Shown here: positions 63,660-64,000 of the stretch, in pieces
Layout: every line of letters starts with the position of its first letter
Position numbering within the stretch: position 1 is the stretch's first letter
Source of the DNA: a virus
Lineage: Duplodnaviria; Caudoviricetes
Length of the DNA: 64,000 nucleotides
IMG/VR virus record: IMGVR_UViG_3300030100_000603
Location: 1 to 64,000 of that record
Strand: one strand, 5' to 3'
The notes under the pieces: model-generated
Seen by the model: the letters and a program-made list of their open reading frames with translations, nothing else
Told to the model about the DNA's origin: nothing
Database searches by the model: none
Made by a program: the position numbers and the translations under genes

Positions 63660-63855
63660 TTATATCTGCTGTGCAGAGTGTGGTGTAAAGATTATTTATG
63701 ATGGGTATAATGATTCCCGAGATGCACTTGAAGAGATATGGGGTGATCCTGATGCAGCAGATTATACAGTAGAGATGCATTGCCCAGATTGTGTGGGTAA
63801 TATGAAAAGAGAGATACGAGAATATCGTTACAGGCTGGAAAAATTAGAATGTTAA
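63646..63855 (+). CDS. Small CxxC protein
   Basis: CAEC...CPDC. Confidence 0.6.
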   Translation: MAYRDYICCAECGVKIIYDGYNDSRDALEEIWGDPDAADYTVEMHCPDCVGNMKREIREYRYRLEKLEC

Positions 63856-63869
63856 CAGGAGGGGTTTGA

Positions 63870-64000
63870 ATGATTATTGAGATTGCACTAGTCGTATCAA
63901 CACTGACAAACATTGCATTGGGGTATACACTTTGGAAGGTAGAGAAGAACAACAATAAATTGATTATGGAGAACTTACGACTGATCGGTGAGAGGAATGA
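63870..64000 (+). CDS. Partial membrane-anchored protein (runs off window)
   Basis: MIIEIALVVSTLTNIALGYTLWK...; SD GGAGG. Confidence 0.5.
   Translation, partial: MIIEIALVVSTLTNIALGYTLWKVEKNNNKLIMENLRLIGERN

Overview
64 kb of a lytic tailed-phage genome with a contractile tail (myovirus-type) and a Gram-negative host, judged from the spanins, a PagL-like porin-fold enzyme and a trimeric autotransporter. Layout: leftward early genes (1-586); AT-rich element A with divergent promoters (~644-1074); rightward early/replication module (1110-19513: phosphatase, lysozyme, collagen autotransporter, PhoH, primase-helicase, split family-B-type DNA polymerase, SSB, exonuclease, endonuclease, MazG-like, ThyX, ribonucleotide reductase); bidirectional terminator; long leftward packaging/head/tail/lysis module (19566-57164); AT-rich element B with divergent promoters (~57195-57541); rightward small early genes to the window end. 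Main points: (1) 13 free-standing homing-endonuclease-like genes (~12% of the window). Several are flanked by a duplicated copy of the neighbouring gene's 3' end, and in one case all 12 codons are synonymously recoded. (2) A covarying structured-RNA motif upstream of two HNH genes. (3) An ORF-less group I intron in the Walker A motif of the large terminase, with an HNH gene just upstream. (4) A DNA polymerase split by an HNH gene with no intron. (5) Two copies of a promoter-plus-AT-rich-iteron element (candidate origins). (6) Sigma70-like promoters that almost all have 18-bp spacers. No tRNA or CRISPR array was recognised by eye. All family assignments are from motif recognition only; no database searches were run.
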